Assembly (NCBI GenBank): GCA_010909165.1
Contig: MU008162.1
Span: 558,001-622,000, forward strand
Source: Anthoceros angustus
Taxonomy: Eukaryota; Plantae; Anthocerotophyta
Direction: 5' to 3'
DNA length: 64,000 nucleotides
Below are positions 15,039 through 29,025 of this stretch, piece after piece (within the stretch, counting starts at the first letter, position 1; each line of letters opens with the position of its first letter). The notes under the pieces were generated by a model. It was not told where the DNA came from. It made no database searches and saw only the letters and a list, made by a program, of their open reading frames with translations. The translations under genes and the position numbers were made by a program.

Positions 15039-18000
15039 TCAAGTCATTAACCGTGAACCAGAAGAATGCTCGGAGCCAGCTGCTGCATTGTTACTTGCGT
15101 GCTCCGAATCAAAATAGCAGTCCACAATAGAGAGGTGCTCCAAGGCATCAAAATCTGCCCGTAAACCGAGGAACGCACTGCCCATACGAGCACATGCCGT
15201 CTGTGGCCACCTACAGCTATCGCCATTCCCATGACCCCAAGAACTGCAGCTGCTGCTGTACTCGGCTCCAAAAGTTTTCCTAAGACTGTCAGCATCACGG
15301 TCGCCCTCTGGAGTCATGGAGACGGACACAGACAATTGTGCTGAATTCGCACCGTTCTCTGCATCCTGCTCCCGTCCCTGCATTCTAGGCTCCAAATCAG
15401 CATTCTGCTGGAAGTCGTCAGCCTGCTCCTCTGTATCAGAAACAAAGTCAAACCCACTCTCACAAGGGACACTTGTTATTTGAACTTTGCATCCCAGGGC
15501 CGCCATCACGCGCTCCATAGCTACATACTTCCTTTGTAATGCCTCTTTCTCATTTATGGCGGTTTCCTTTGCTATGCGTTCATTTTGCACTTGCTCCTCC
15601 AAAGTAGCTACATTAGCTGCTGTCTCCTTCAGCACTTCTTCAGCGTTCTCCCTTGCCTGGAAGGATCAACACACAGTTCTAATGAGACAAGAAACTACCT
15701 GCAAGGTGCTTGGAGATGCCCAGCAAAACTGCAGTTATCCAAACTGACTGGCCAGTGAGAACACCCAAGACATTAGCACGTTACCTTTTGCAGATTGGAG
15801 AATTTCTGGGCCAGCCTTCGAGCTTCGGTTTCAAGTTCCCCCCCCTGACACCACCCAGGTGGCAGTGAACCCCCTGGAGCGGCAATAGCATCCTGTGGCC
15901 ATGCCCAGCGCAGATAGAAATGTGGCCAAAGAGTTGGAGACAATGCCGCAGGAGGTGGCAAAAGAGGCCCAGGATACTCAGACGCTTTATAGAAAACATT
16001 GAAGTGGTCATGCTCTGACCCTCCAACCGAACGCTGCCGCTCCAGATATGTCCACATGCAACCACATGAATCTACTCCAGCTTGTCGTCTTTCCTTTTCA
16101 CTACCGTATATAGATCCAAACAGATTGGACATCAAACAATAGAACACACAATGCAAGGCAGGTGAGGGCTCCGAGACCACCCAGCACAACAAAACCATGT
16201 AACCAACAGGTCCAACAAGTACCTGTTACAGAGAAAATTCCCGAACCGTGCCGATAGTATGCAGTCCATCACATCAACCAGAAAAGCCTGGTTCTCGAGC
16301 CAAGAGAGTGCACCCATCAGCAAAACCTTTTGCATCCTCAATTAATGTATGAAAAACAAAAACAACCTATGAACGGACAAGGAGGAGCTAATATGAGTCT
16401 TGTGAGCCAAGTCCATGCGTAAACATGACAAGTTGGGACTTACAGAAGAGAATTCAAAAGCTCGAGGATAAAGACGCAGTAATTGAGCCACACAGTCTAC
16501 CCACTGTATGTCATTGAGTGAAAAGTTAAGGACCATTTCAGACTTGATATTGGACAATGCTGAAATCACAGAAGCCAGCAACTGTAGAGTGACCAACCTG
16601 TGTAATGATAGGAGAACTATTGTTAGGCGCTTGTCCGGGGGAGTTGGCAGGTACTGGGGGATTGAACGCTGACCCAGCAGCCATGCGGACAGGTGGAGTT
16701 CCAGCTGCACCAACTAAAGATTGTTGCCTCAGGCTTTCCACTGGCATCAGGCCACTAGCATACGTGGGCATTCCTAGACGGTCAGCAAATGGGTGCCCAA
16801 ATGCAAGCCAATCTTTTTCCACAAGGGCCTGTTACCACCACACTAGTTGCAGTCAAGACCGGATAGTAAGACCAATGAACACCCCAATACGCGAGCCAAT
16901 AATTACCTGAAAGCCTTGAAATGTTCTGTAGTAGGGGTCGAGCATAATGCCTGCCAATGAAATCAACTGTGTCGTCCGATCCCATCCATCACTGTAAATG
17001 TGGTCAGGTAGAAACCAGTCACAAATAGATACAGTAAAATGGGTTATGGACTTCTCCATGACGCTGAGAAGTCTACCCTGCAAACAGAAAGGTGGGAACA
17101 GAATATACCTGCAGTGCACAAGAACCGATGCACCCTCAAGAGCAATACGTGCTGCTACCCAGGCAGCACCAGCTAGAATTGCATGGACGTGCATCAACCA
17201 TCCACTATCACCGAGTGCTGATACTGCTGCTGCGACACTGCTCACATTACCACCTCCCCAAGCCCAGACGCCACTTCTCTATTACCGCCCACATGCAAAG
17301 AAAAGTCACAATGAAGATACTGGAAAAGTCAAATCAACTGGCCGCAAATCTGATAACAACTTGGAACACTTACAAGAAGTGAAGAGGACCCATCAGATGA
17401 TGCAGCTCCATGCAAATCCAGATATTCACGCAGCCGACCTAGACTGTCTCTCATAGCATGTATGTTCTCAATGTTCATGAAGACTACCTGCCAGACGGGC
17501 ACACAAGGTTTTCACTGCTTGTAACTCTGACATGTAATTTCGAAGCATGTGAGACTCTGAACATAAGCAATTTCCTTTCTTCCTTAACACTAGAAGAAGA
17601 CCCTTGTATTCGTAAAGCAACACGCTGACCTCAGACTGCACATAGTTAGCCGAGGACTCTGAACCTCCACCCATTGCTCCATTTGCTAGAGCATTCTTCC
17701 TGGGCCTTGCATCGGCTATGTACAGCTTTCTGGATATACACACAACTACAACTCAGAATGTAGATCACAAGGGCCTAGTCTTCCATCAGCCAACTGATCA
17801 CTGATGCCCATACCTTCGGTGCAAGAGGGTCTTGGATGGAGGAGCACAGAGAGCAGCAACTAGCTTTTCATCTGTATTGCTGGACACAAGAGTGCACAAG
17901 ATGGAATTGGAAGACGTTCTTTGAATCCCAAGCCATTTTGGCCCAAAGTTTCAGACAGCATACTTGGACCTTCAAGACAAAACTACCATAAATGACCTGC

Positions 18001-19870
18001 CTACCTTCTGGAGTTCATCATAATTCCAACCAATGGCTGAGAGGAGCGGGCAAGCACAGCTCCATTTTCTGCATTTTAACAAAAAAAAAACAGATTAAGG
18101 AAGCAATAGGACTAATCAGATTAGAGTAAACATTCAATGGACACACAGGCTGAGCACCTGGATGCCGCCAGCACAGAGCTGGCAAGCGGCCACGAGCACG
18201 AAAAGTAGCAGCCTGCTGAATATCTTCATCACTGCAACCAGACACGTAACAATCTAAGTTCATACGTCTGAAACAGAAGCATTACATTCAGCATAATCTG
18301 GAATCAAACGTCTACAGCAAAGCCTGAGACTTCAAGCAGTTTTCCACACCAGGAACAGGCCATCACCTGACTGATGAAGGCATGACCAAAAGCGATGGGT
18401 AGGTTGCACACAAAGAATAGTCCTTATTCACTTCACTTAAGCGCCACCACTTGTCTTCCACTACCGGCACATTTATACTGTGTCTTCTTGCAAAGGTCCT
18501 TCCCATCATTGAAGTGTTCATACTACTTGAAGGTGATGATATCAGCCGCAAATACTCAGCACGCAATCGTTGACGGGCATCCCCATTGATGGATGCCGAA
18601 GGCAACCCGGCAGAGAAGGCATAAAGATCCCAAAGTCTTGTAGGCCTCATTAGCTTTGACAGAGCATCATGCACGTCACGTCTCTGCACAAGGTGCCAAA
18701 GTTTCACCCTAGCTTCTAAGAACATTTCAAAAATTGTCAAGGGAACTAGCACAATGTCAGGACAACTAGAGACCACATACACATTGCTACCTGCTTAGTG
18801 TGTGGACGAAAACTAAAGACAATTGTCCGCATGTCCTTACCTGTAATACAAGCACATATACTGGTTAGCACCTACCGCAAGAAGCCAGGGGAATGAAACA
18901 AGTTGTATCTGTTCATGCCTACCTGTTCCCAACGGGCCTATTATGCATCAACCAGTACAGTATGACAAATTTTCATAGACAACCTACCAAACATCTTCTA
19001 CAAATCTCAGCCAGCACCGAGCACACTGCAATGAAGCGACAACAGACCCACAACTTGGAGAAGACGTCGAGAGGGCCCACGTTCGCGTGCACGGGAAGCT
19101 GGGGCTGACCGGGTAGGTTGCTGTCGCCAAATCAAACAATTGCAAAGCCAAGGACAAACACCCATTACTTTCAAGACAAACTTGGATATGGACAGTGTGT
19201 CATTTGTTTCTGTCCTACATCTGCCTTAATTCAGAGGCAGCCTCTGCTGACGGACCAACTCAGGATCTAGATCGAAGTGTAAAAATGTACTACCTTGTAG
19301 ATTTTCTCAATTGCTGCTAGGGGTATGGTTCCAAAAGGAATCACTGCCTTCAGCTCCTCACCCTGTCAAACCACCAACCCCAATATCTGGTTACATGCTT
19401 TCAACGTCCAGGACATTCGTGATAGAGACGCAGTTGTTATGCTTGCACCAAGGTTGCAAGGGACCTCACCACGAAGATTAGTCTGTAATTAGTGACAAAA
19501 AGAGTGCCGTCAGCGCCACTGTTGACCAATAACACACTGCACCCCTGTTTGAAGCAATACTCATGTCAGAACCAGCTCAAATCCCACGACATCTGCAGCA
19601 GCACTATGGCCTAGAATGCAAATACCACCTCCGTAATGATATCCTCAGACGGCAACAACAGCCCATCCATGCTGTGAGCCAGTGAACAACTGGTTTCCTG
19701 CACATGCACCTCTTTCGTCATATTTAAGATGATTATCTCAAGAAACCTCAGAGTCTAGATTCAGAGACAGCAAAGCAAACCTCCACGGGTGTCCAATCGA
19801 GCCCATCCAGCCAACTCTCTCCTCCGTCCATTCTGGATATGTGAACGTTCCCGCTACATGTGTCGAACAT
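15039..19870 (-). CDS. MTM1: Myotubularin phosphoinositide 3-phosphatase (multi-exon)
   Basis: MDGGESWLDGLDWTPVE; GTLFVTNYRLIFV; RPTRLWDLYAF; YSLCATYPSLLVMP; ATFRARGRLPAL; LYIADARPRKNALAN; catalytic VLVHC|SDGWDRTTQL split by an intron; EKDWLAFGHPF; FGNFLCN; LWPHFYLRW; C-terminal coiled coil. Start codon (19870 or the downstream Met) uncertain. Confidence 0.92.
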
Positions 19871-22655
19871 ACCCTACTCATATCAGAGGCAACGAGTAAG
19901 GCTCCTGCAACCAACCTGTAGGTGGCAACCAACAGAGTTTCGAACACCTGCACAGCAGCCAGCCTGTGCGTTGGCCCACGACAGACGAGGGTTTCAAAAA
20001 TTCAGATCACCCCAACGCACCCCACGAATCAGCAATACAAACACAACCCATCCATCGGATCACACAGCACTGGCACTAATAGGTCGCACCAGCCGGCATC
20101 ACGGGTACCTGTCGACCCAGGCCTCTGAGTAATTTGGCACGGGACCACGAGCTGCGAGGCTACTGGAGGGTCATCTGCCCTCCCCTTAGCAAGCCAATTT
20201 GAGGTCAATTTCGTGTCTACAAATGCCCCCTAAGCAGGATATTGCACCAGGCCACTTGCTGCACGTTTCCGACTAGCTTTCATGCACTGCTGTGCACATC
20301 GCCCAGCTCATGCTAAATAATTAGAGATCTCCCCACAACCTCTGCCGAAAATCCGCCTCCAAACTGCAGACGCTATGGTCACCCTTTCACAGACATCTCA
20401 GATCTGGCGTATAGAAAAATCTTGGTGATGCCAGATCGGAGGCATGCTTGCTTGGCCTCACCTGGCTTGCCTCTCCGAAGACAAGTTAGGGCTCGTGGTT
20501 TTGAGGAAGCGAGACGAGTCGTCAGCACGCATCAATCTGACTTGGATAAGTCTGGCATAAACATATGCGCGTTTTTTATTCCACGTTGGGCAGAGACATA
20601 TGTGTTAGGTTTTAGAGCCGGTGTAAACATTTGCCATCTGTTTGCTGTGGTGAGGCATACCAGTTTGTAAGAATGAGATCATGGAGGTATTGTGAGCTGT
20701 CGACAGCACCTCGATAATCCGTTTCAAGACAGACGCATTACAGAGGAATGGCGGGCTGAGCATGTGTGGAATATCCAACACCAATCTACTTCTCCACATG
20801 GTGAGGAACAGATGGATCACTGGACAGAAGTGCTTTGAACGATCACGCTCTAGCGTCAGGGTAAGAAAAGGCTGAAGCTCGCAGCGCGGACCAACCAGGA
20901 TCGGCCTCGGGAGGAACAGGCTTCAGGCCGGCAAAGATTCTTCACACAGGCTCTGCTTTGGGGTTTGCTCGAGGTTTGCATCCTGAAGTAATGGTTGAAG
21001 AGCATTTCTCGTCGCATCCAACCACGCTTCTGCCTGTGCTTCCCGTGGCCAACTACCTCGCTTCTGCTTGTGCTTCCTATATCCAACAATGCTTCTGCTT
21101 GCGTCTCCTGTCCCTGGGTACTATGCAGGATTCAGGAACTTGTGAGTGCATACGTTTGCACGTGGTACTACCCGCTCAACAAATTTATATATGGTTTAAA
21201 TATATTTTACTTCATACAATAAAATTCTATTATATATTTAAATAATTAAAATTTTAGGATACGATATACTATTTATTTTTTCAAATAATAATTTCTATCG
21301 TTGATGACTATGCCTACAAGATTGGACCTTACCTTAACAAGACCAGTTAGGCATCAAGTACTTGAACCTATAAATACTTTCAGTTGAGAAATTGTAGTAC
21401 CTGCCATACACTTGCAAGGACAAGCCAAGGTACATACCAAAGTTGATATATATCCATAGGACAGAAAACAATTATTTTTCTCTTTAGCCTAATAATATAG
21501 ATATTATCTTAGCTGGTCTTGGCTGATCGGACTAGCTACGACTAGCTTTTTCTCAATTAAGAACGTATGATAAAAGATATTGTGTTTAATCTCGATAATG
21601 GTCGACTTTGAGGCTAGATGAGTAGTGTTGCAGCGGTTGATCAAAGAAAGTATGACTTAAAAATTAGTGCTTTGATTTCGGTACTAGTCTACTTTAAGGT
21701 TATATAAGTATTTTGGCAAAACCTGATCAATTAAGTAGGTAGGATAAAGAAAAATAGTGTCTAATCTCGACAACAATGTACTTGAAAGCCGTACAAGTAG
21801 TGTTGTATAAGAGCATCACTTGCTTACACCTGAATCTAATTAGGAGTGCTTAATCCCCTATATCAAGGCATTGGAAGAATTCCCCTTTGTCTCAGGGTAG
21901 ACCGGATTTCGCATCTCTTTTTCATGCATAAATCTCTTTGTTCCCCCTATTAAGGCATTGGAAGAGTCCAATTAGGAGTGCTCACTCCCCTCTATCAATT
22001 TCAAGTTTATTGATAACTTCTCGTGTTGGAAGATAACTTCTCGTGTTGGAAGATATCAATGCGTTGAAGACGGTAGATTTTCATAACTGCGACTTGAGTG
22101 CTCTTGTTGATCTTTGACTTAAGTACTTATATTGATTTTCAATTAAGCATGTTGCTTCAAGTTTTCTATTGTGCTAATCTTGATGTATGGTATCCTAACT
22201 CTAGTTTCTTTAACATAGTATGTTATGTTGCTTTAAATTATGTCACGTTGCATCACTTGATATTCATTAAGTTATATTTTTAGATGCCTTTAGGACGATA
22301 ATTATTTTATGCCTATGATTTAGGTATGAAATTAAACCTTGAGAGATTTTGCTTTAACGAGAGTTTATACTTTTATCAGGTGACCTCCGCACTATATATA
22401 TTGTTGCATCATTCATTTGCTCTTTATTTTGTATTCCTCTCCCTTTTTGTCCTCCTTTATTCACCTTTGTTATTTGTTCCTGCCTATACTTGTGTAAATC
22501 TAGTAGTCTAATCAAAGTGAGTTGTGTCGTCTATCTCACTGTTGATCTGCAGACATAAAGATGCTCCATATGCAGTGCTTTAAAAAGCCATTTTAACATA
22601 TCTTAAGTATTACATCGGAGCTCAAAAACCTCTCTCTATCATAATTGGAGTAGAG

Positions 22656-23411
22656 ATGGAGTGTCTTCCAAGCAAAGTGTTGGATCTGGATAAGCAATGT
22701 ATTAAGAGAACTGCTGCAGAAGTACTTCAAACAACAGCCAAACAATTAATGGCATTTTCGAGATGCTCCCCACTAATGCAAATGCTTTTCGACATATTAA
22801 CATTGATAGGGGTGTCTGAAAGCGATATGCGAGCATTGCTCCTAACTAGGGGCTCTGCCTTAAGGATCATATTTGAGAGTTCTATAAGAAAAATAAGTGA
22901 CGTCTTACAGGCTCCCTTAATTTGGCAATTCCGTCAAGGGCAATCGAGGAACTCTAGAATTACAAGGATAGAATATGTGTTCCAAGACAAATCATCTTTG
23001 GTTGCAGCAATAGAAACAGCATGGTGTGTCGTCCACCAATATTTCTTGCCCAATCGAGTGTATAAAACCTATCATGAGATCTTGCAACATATTCTCATTT
23101 TCTTGGGCTCAAAAGAGTTTTCATCAAATGCTTCCTCATCAAGCATAGGGCAGTTAGAAATGTGGGTTGTTGATAGATGCGTGGAACTTGAAATTGTCTC
23201 GGGCACCTTAGTTGAGGCTCTAACACATCCTAAGGTTTTGGCCCTTGAGTCTACACTTGAGGAGAGCACTATCAGAGATATTTTGTTAAGGGCCAAGCTT
23301 TTGGAAAAGGTTGGGCAATTAGGATCTCTTATAGAGTCCACGTTGGGAGACACTAAATCACGAGACCTTCTTGCAGCTGCACTTTCAGCCGATTGTTGGG
23401 ATGTCTTGTAG
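22656..23411 (+). CDS. Uncharacterised 251-aa ORF in an AT-rich island (gene fragment or element-borne)
   Basis: Uninterrupted ORF with globular/helical composition; no family recognised. An in-frame TAA lies just upstream (~22581). Confidence 0.3.
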   Translation: MECLPSKVLDLDKQCIKRTAAEVLQTTAKQLMAFSRCSPLMQMLFDILTLIGVSESDMRALLLTRGSALRIIFESSIRKISDVLQAPLIWQFRQGQSRNSRITRIEYVFQDKSSLVAAIETAWCVVHQYFLPNRVYKTYHEILQHILIFLGSKEFSSNASSSSIGQLEMWVVDRCVELEIVSGTLVEALTHPKVLALESTLEESTIRDILLRAKLLEKVGQLGSLIESTLGDTKSRDLLAAALSADCWDVL

Positions 23412-23838
23412 ACTCAAAGTTGAGAGACTATAAGTCCCAAGAAACCTGGTTCAGGTTAACTCATAGTGGTAGACGGACTCATCGCGTAATTGTAAAGATG
23501 AAAGTTGGGAAGGTGAATTTGATGGAGCATATGTGAACAAGTAGTCTTAAATGTCATCCTGGATTTTTAGGCTGACCTCTATTGTAAGAAAGGGGTTTTC
23601 TCCATTGAAATAGGCAAGCTTGGCAAGGACTAGCCTGGTCCTCATTCCTACATTGTTTCCCCATGTGTGTATAGTATTGTTTGGTCCGTTGCAATTAAGT
23701 GTCCTTGGTTGTTTGTCTCTAATAGTAGTATGTTGGTGTCCATATAGGAAAACATCATGGAAGAATTGCTACCACCCCTTGGCTTGCCCCCCGATGCTTG
23801 CATCACCAACCGCTGTTGTGCATGAGTACATGATCGCT

Positions 23839-23992
23839 TCTCCCCTTGTTCCACTGATGTGCTGATTCTTCCAAGCTCAGTGTTGATACCTGAAGCAAGC
23901 CAGCCATTTTCATCTTCTCCCCTTGTTTCACTGATGTGCTGATTCTTCCAAGCTCAGTGTTGATGCCTGAAGCAAGCCAGCCATTTTCATCG
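23839..23992. repeat. ~77-bp direct tandem duplication
   Basis: tctccccttgtt(c/t)cactgatgtgctgattcttccaagctcagtgttgat(a/g)cctgaagcaagccagccattttcatc occurs twice. Confidence 0.85.
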
Positions 23993-26258
23993 CTTGTGTT
24001 ACTTGTCAGTTGGTACATTGAGACCGAAGGACATGAGCATCTATGTATTGATGCTAGCATGACCAGGATGTGCACATGTGATGGCAGGCGAGCTTGCTAA
24101 GAGTGATAAGGAAAGCTTACCCTGCAAAAGATGTGTTCTGTAATGAGTTATAAATTTCCAGCATCTCTTCTTCCTTAAAGGTCGGATAAAAATTTTACAT
24201 ATGTATGTATATAGTGTGGGTACCTCATGCTGTACATGGGCAGCGTAGGCCCCGCGGGTTTAGCGCCGGCCGGCTGGTCCCGTTGTTTTCCAAGGGGAGC
24301 AGCCAACGTCCAGGAAGTGGTGTGGGATTCGGGAAGTAATTAAGGCCCGTGCAATTATTGAAGTGGGAGGGTCAGAATGTCGGTTGCCTTCAATCTGCGT
24401 CGAGGAAATAGGGCTGTGGCGCCAAACCCCGGCCTGGGGCGGTGTTATGACACAACAGGAAACAGCCGCGGCGGGTGCATCGATGCCCACGACCTGGGTC
24501 TTGACATAACATGAGCCTGCGGGCGTCACTTACCAGAACCCGGCCTGCCCCATAGCTGTAATGGCGTGCAAAGCACAGAGCTCAAGGCGTCAAGGCACTG
24601 CGTGCCGCGTGCAGGAAACTTGAAACCCGAGCTTGCCAGGCGCACATGTCGCACCGCGTACGACAGCGTGCCAGACAGCCACACCTCTTCCTCCCCGCCT
24701 GCCTGGGTTTGCGCGAACAAACCCTGATCACCACCGTATCACCGACAGAGACCCTCTGCCCTGCTATGCTCTGCGATCCGCAACAACGCCAGCTAACAAC
24801 ACCGCAAAAGAGAGCACTGCCCTGCCGGTGCAACAGTTGCCAGTGCTCCATCCTCCAAGCATCCAAACAGAGCACACATCGGCCGCAGCGCAGCTGCGCA
24901 GTCCCATCTCCCACTGCCTTGACAGCCCTGGCGCACAAACCACCATCACATCACCACGCGCTGGACCCTGCCATCGTCTAGGTACATCCTACCACACAGC
25001 TGTGTCTCCTGCTCCAGCATTCAGTGCGCTACCAGCCATAATCGCGGACAGCAACCTCCCACCAAACCCTAACCCTAACCCTAATCCGGCCCAGCGAAAT
25101 CTCGCATTTGCTTATCTTGCATCGTCCCGTTGAGCCAAACGGCCGGGCACGTGCCTGGTTCCATTCCTCCATTTCCCGCTCCTCGGTTCCGACAGCCCGG
25201 TACGGCGGGCAACGTGCATCCTGTCGCCGCCACGGGAGAAGTTATATAGACGTGAGTTCATAGGACTGTGTTCGTGCTGCTATATTCGCGCGGTTTCCCG
25301 TTACTACAAGCACTAATATAATCCGACGAACGTTGGGCCATGTATGTACGTGCATGTGGTTTGCCCCTAACCACGGCAACATGTGGCCAAGGCCGCCCGT
25401 CGTCCCTCGCCCGTCACCCGTCGTCCCTCGCCCGTCACCCGTCGTCCGTAGCCCGTCTCCAGCCACCCCGTCGCCGGTCGGCCGGACCCGCAGAATCAGC
25501 GGACCCAGGTCAACCGGTACACAGAAACGTTTCGACCATTATCACTCACCCTTCACGAATCACTCCGACCCCGCCCCCCTCGGGGGCCAACAATAATATG
25601 TACGTTGGGCGAAACGGGGTTTCGCCGCCCCCTCTCTCTCCCCCTCTCGGGAACGGCAGCCGGGCCCCTCAAGCCTCGCCGGCCTGGAGGCTTCCCTCCT
25701 TCCCTCCCAATCGCACCACTCGGCGCCAGCCTGCTCCTCCTGCTCGTCCTCCTCTTGAGACGCGATTCGTGCCTTCCCTTTCCCTCGAGTCCTCTCCTCT
25801 CGTCTCTTTCTCTGACACAATTCCTTTCCCCCGAGCGGGACGGAGCCCGCTCGCCAGGGCGTGGACTGATTGCGTTGCGACCCCCAAGCTCCGCATTGCG
25901 TAGACTCGCCCTCTGCCCTCGGCGCGCTCGGCCCCAACCCGCCCGAGGCAGGCCGTTTTGAGGTTTCGCCTTTTCAGGAGAGCTTTCTTTGGCACCCACG
26001 CCCCCTGTCTGGAGGAGCCCGTTGCGGCCTCCTGGCGGGAGGAAAGAAATCGTTTTCGTGCAGTCGCGTTTCAGAGCCGCGTCTCAGCAGCAAGATTGGG
26101 AGCCAGCGCCGTCGTGACTCCGAGCCGCAAAGCTGGGACTGAGGCGCCTTCTGTTTCCTGAAGGGAACGCAGGGAAGGCGAGCAATGTGGGATATTTGAC
26201 GAGTTCTTTGCACCAACCGAGCAGGATGCGTTCCGGCTGATCAAGAGGAGCAGGAGGA

Positions 26259-28367
26259 ATGAAGAGGATGAAGAAGACGAAGGAGGAGACGTTTTTTGCA
26301 GCCATGGCGGCCGCGATGATCGTGTGCAGCATTGGCATTGGCATTGTGGCTGCTGCGGATGCGGATGCTTTGCGCGCGTTCCAGGGCACGGCGGATGCCG
26401 GGAAGCTTCTGGGATGGAGCAGCACGGGGGGGCCGTGCGATGCCGGGGCGGACTGGGCGGGAGTGACCTGCGAGCATGGGAGAGTTTACAAGGTGATTCT
26501 GGTGGGGATGGGGCTGGAGGGCCCGGTGACGGCGTTGGCGGGGCTGGAGCAGCTGCGGGTGCTGTATCTCTCCGGGAACTTGCTGAACGGGAGCATCCCA
26601 GACTTGGGAAGCTGGAGATTTCTGAGGCAGCTGCATTTGGAGGAGAATCGGCTGTCGGGGAGCATTCCGGAGAGTATCGGGAATCTGACGTACCTCTGGC
26701 GGGTGTATCTGTCCGGGAACGAGCTCACCGGGGGGATTCCGGCCTCGCTCGGGAACGTGAAGAGGCTGCTCACTTTGGACTTGAGCAACAACTCCCTGTC
26801 CGGGGAGATTCCGGATCTGGGGCTGGCTAATCTCACCGACCTGGATCTGTCCGGGAACCAGCTCACAGGACCGATTCCGGAATCGCTGCAGCGGTTTGGT
26901 GGGCGGGCGTTCGGGGGGAATCCTGGGCTGTGCGGGGGGCCACTTCCGGCGTGTGTGGCTCCCGGGCCTGGGCACGGGGAAGAGCAGATGAGGGCGGGGA
27001 AGAAGGGGAGTAGGCTGAGTACGGGAGCGATTATTGGGATTGTTCTGGCGGATGTGTTTGTTGTGGCCATTTTGACGCTTATCTTCTTGTTTTACTATTG
27101 GAGGAAGTACTCGCATGCCAACATGGAGAAGGTAGGGAAGAGGAGGGAGTCGGAGAAAGGGGACTTGTCCTCCAGCCAGTACTCGCTGCAGCTGCCCGAG
27201 GCGGAGAGGAGCAAGCTTGTTTTCTTTGATGGGTATGATAATACTTTCGAGCTTGAGGACTTGCTTCGTGCCTCGGCTGAGATGCTGGGGAAGGGGAGCT
27301 TCGGGACTGCGTACAAGGCTGTGTTGGAGGACGGGACTGTGGTGGCTGTGAAGCGGTTGAAGGATGTCACCACGTCCGGGAAGAAGGACTTCGAGCAGCA
27401 GATGGAGCTGATTGGGAAGCTCAGGCATCCGAACTTGGTGCCTCTGGTGGCTTACTACTATGCTAAGGACGAGAAGCTGCTGGTGTATCCTTACCAGTCC
27501 AATGGCAGCCTGTATGCCCTTCTTCACGGTAAGCAGCAACAGTGGTTGGATGGATGGTTGCATGTATGTATGGATGCTTGTGTTTCATGATGTTGGAGAT
27601 GACGCATGCATGTATGCTGTGTTGTGTGTTTAGGAAGATGGGTGTTTGTTCAGATGGTGGAAGGATGTGAGAGATGCCATGCTGAGGTTGTTGAGAACCA
27701 TTTGATTGTTGCAGGGAGCCGGGGGCCAGGGAGGACGCCTCTGGACTGGGTGACTCGGCTGCGGATTGCTCTGGGGGCTGCAAGGGGGCTGGCCTATCTG
27801 CACCAGGAATGCAGTGGGCAGAAGATTCCGCATGCCAACATCAAGTCGTCCAACATACTGCTGGATTTGCACTACAACGCGTGCGTGTCGGACTTCGGGA
27901 TCGCGCTGCTGGTGAGTCCTACCATTGTGGCGTCCCGGGTGGCCGGGTACAGGGCACCGGAGCACAGCGATGCCAAGAGAATATCTCAAAGAGCAGATGT
28001 GTACAGCTTCGGGGTGCTGCTGCTGGAGCTGCTGACAGGGAAGGCGCCCGCCCAGTCCTACCTGCAGGACGACGGCATCGACCTGCCCAGGTGGGTGCAG
28101 TCGGTGGTTCGGGAGGAATGGACGGCCGAGGTGTTTGACATTGAGCTCATGAGGTACAAGAACATCGAGGAGGAGATGGTGGCGTTGCTGCAGATCGCCA
28201 TGCTGTGTGTCTCGCAGGCACCTGACCAGCGGCCCAAGATGAGTCAGGTTGCGAGGATGATCGACGAGATCAGAGGAGAGCAGTCTCCTGCCCACGATGG
28301 GTCTCTTTCCTCGCAGTCTATATCCTCTCCCGCAATCTCGGAGGAGGCTTCTGGCGCACAAACCTGA
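26259..28367 (+). CDS. LRR-III subfamily receptor-like kinase (atypical kinase), 2 exons, intron ~27528-27714
   Basis: Signal peptide, WxGVTC LRRNT cap, ~5 LRRs, [55 protein letters not shown] (no catalytic Asp), [20 protein letters not shown]. Confidence 0.93.
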
Positions 28368-28699
28368 CATACTCCATGTAGGATAAGTGTATGTAGGGTG
28401 CTGCTCTACATGCACTCTTTGCTGCTGCTGCTGCTGCTCTCCATTGTGTTAGGGATTCGAAGGGGATTCGGAGCTTTCTGTTTTTTTTTCTTCGGAAGTG
28501 GAGTCTTCATGGTTCAATCGTAGCTGCTAGGTGGTGTAAGATAGTCCTTCTCTACCATGAAGCCTCCTCCTCCTCATTCATGTCGTCTAATTAGAGAGGG
28601 GCTTGGCTTGTCAGGATCCGTAGTTGCTAGCTAGTGTTCCAACCTAGATGACGTAAGCTGTTCAGCTAGTGAATCCCATGACGTAGGTTGTTCAAAGTA

Positions 28700-29025
28700 G
28701 CTTGCTTGGTTACTTCAAATTTGTCTATCTTTGCACAGCCCTGTGAACGTCGTCTGCCTCTTCAGCAAGCTACAGTCCCTGGCTGATGAGTCCACCGCCA
28801 CCATCCGAGACCCAGGAAGAGCAAACTACTTCGTCTGTCTCTTCAGCAAGCTGCAGGCCCAAGACGACTTCACCACCACCATGACCCAAAAGAGCAAACA
28901 ACTTCGTCTGTTTCTTGAGGAGGTTGCACTTCCAGGATGCCTCTACCGCCACCATCACCCAGCAAGAGCAAACATCTTCCACCGAGCAAGCTAAATCTTA
29001 AACCTGCAAGCCTGCCAGGGTCAAG
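28700..29025 (-). pseudogene. Remnant of the CEP76 3' end, triplicated in ~75-bp units
   Basis: Encodes EDVCSCWVMVAVE, identical to the C-terminus of the gene at 36306. Flanking DNA resembles 36215-36420. Confidence 0.8.

Noticed and set aside
25065-25084. (CCCTAA)3 telomere-like run
   Set aside because: Too short for an interstitial telomere; best read as a telo-box-like motif.
24260-26220. Many overlapping GC-rich ORFs upstream of the LRR-III kinase
   Set aside because: Pro/Arg/Ser-rich low-complexity translations in all frames, typical of a GC-rich promoter or 5' UTR.
27830-27860. Missing catalytic Asp in the RLK, and missing HExxH in FtsHi5, as signs of decay
   Set aside because: Both are normal family features (LRR-III atypical kinases; FtsHi proteins).
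26241-28415. Long minus-strand ORFs (440 and 261 aa) over the LRR-III kinase
   Set aside because: Antisense shadows of a GC-rich coding region.
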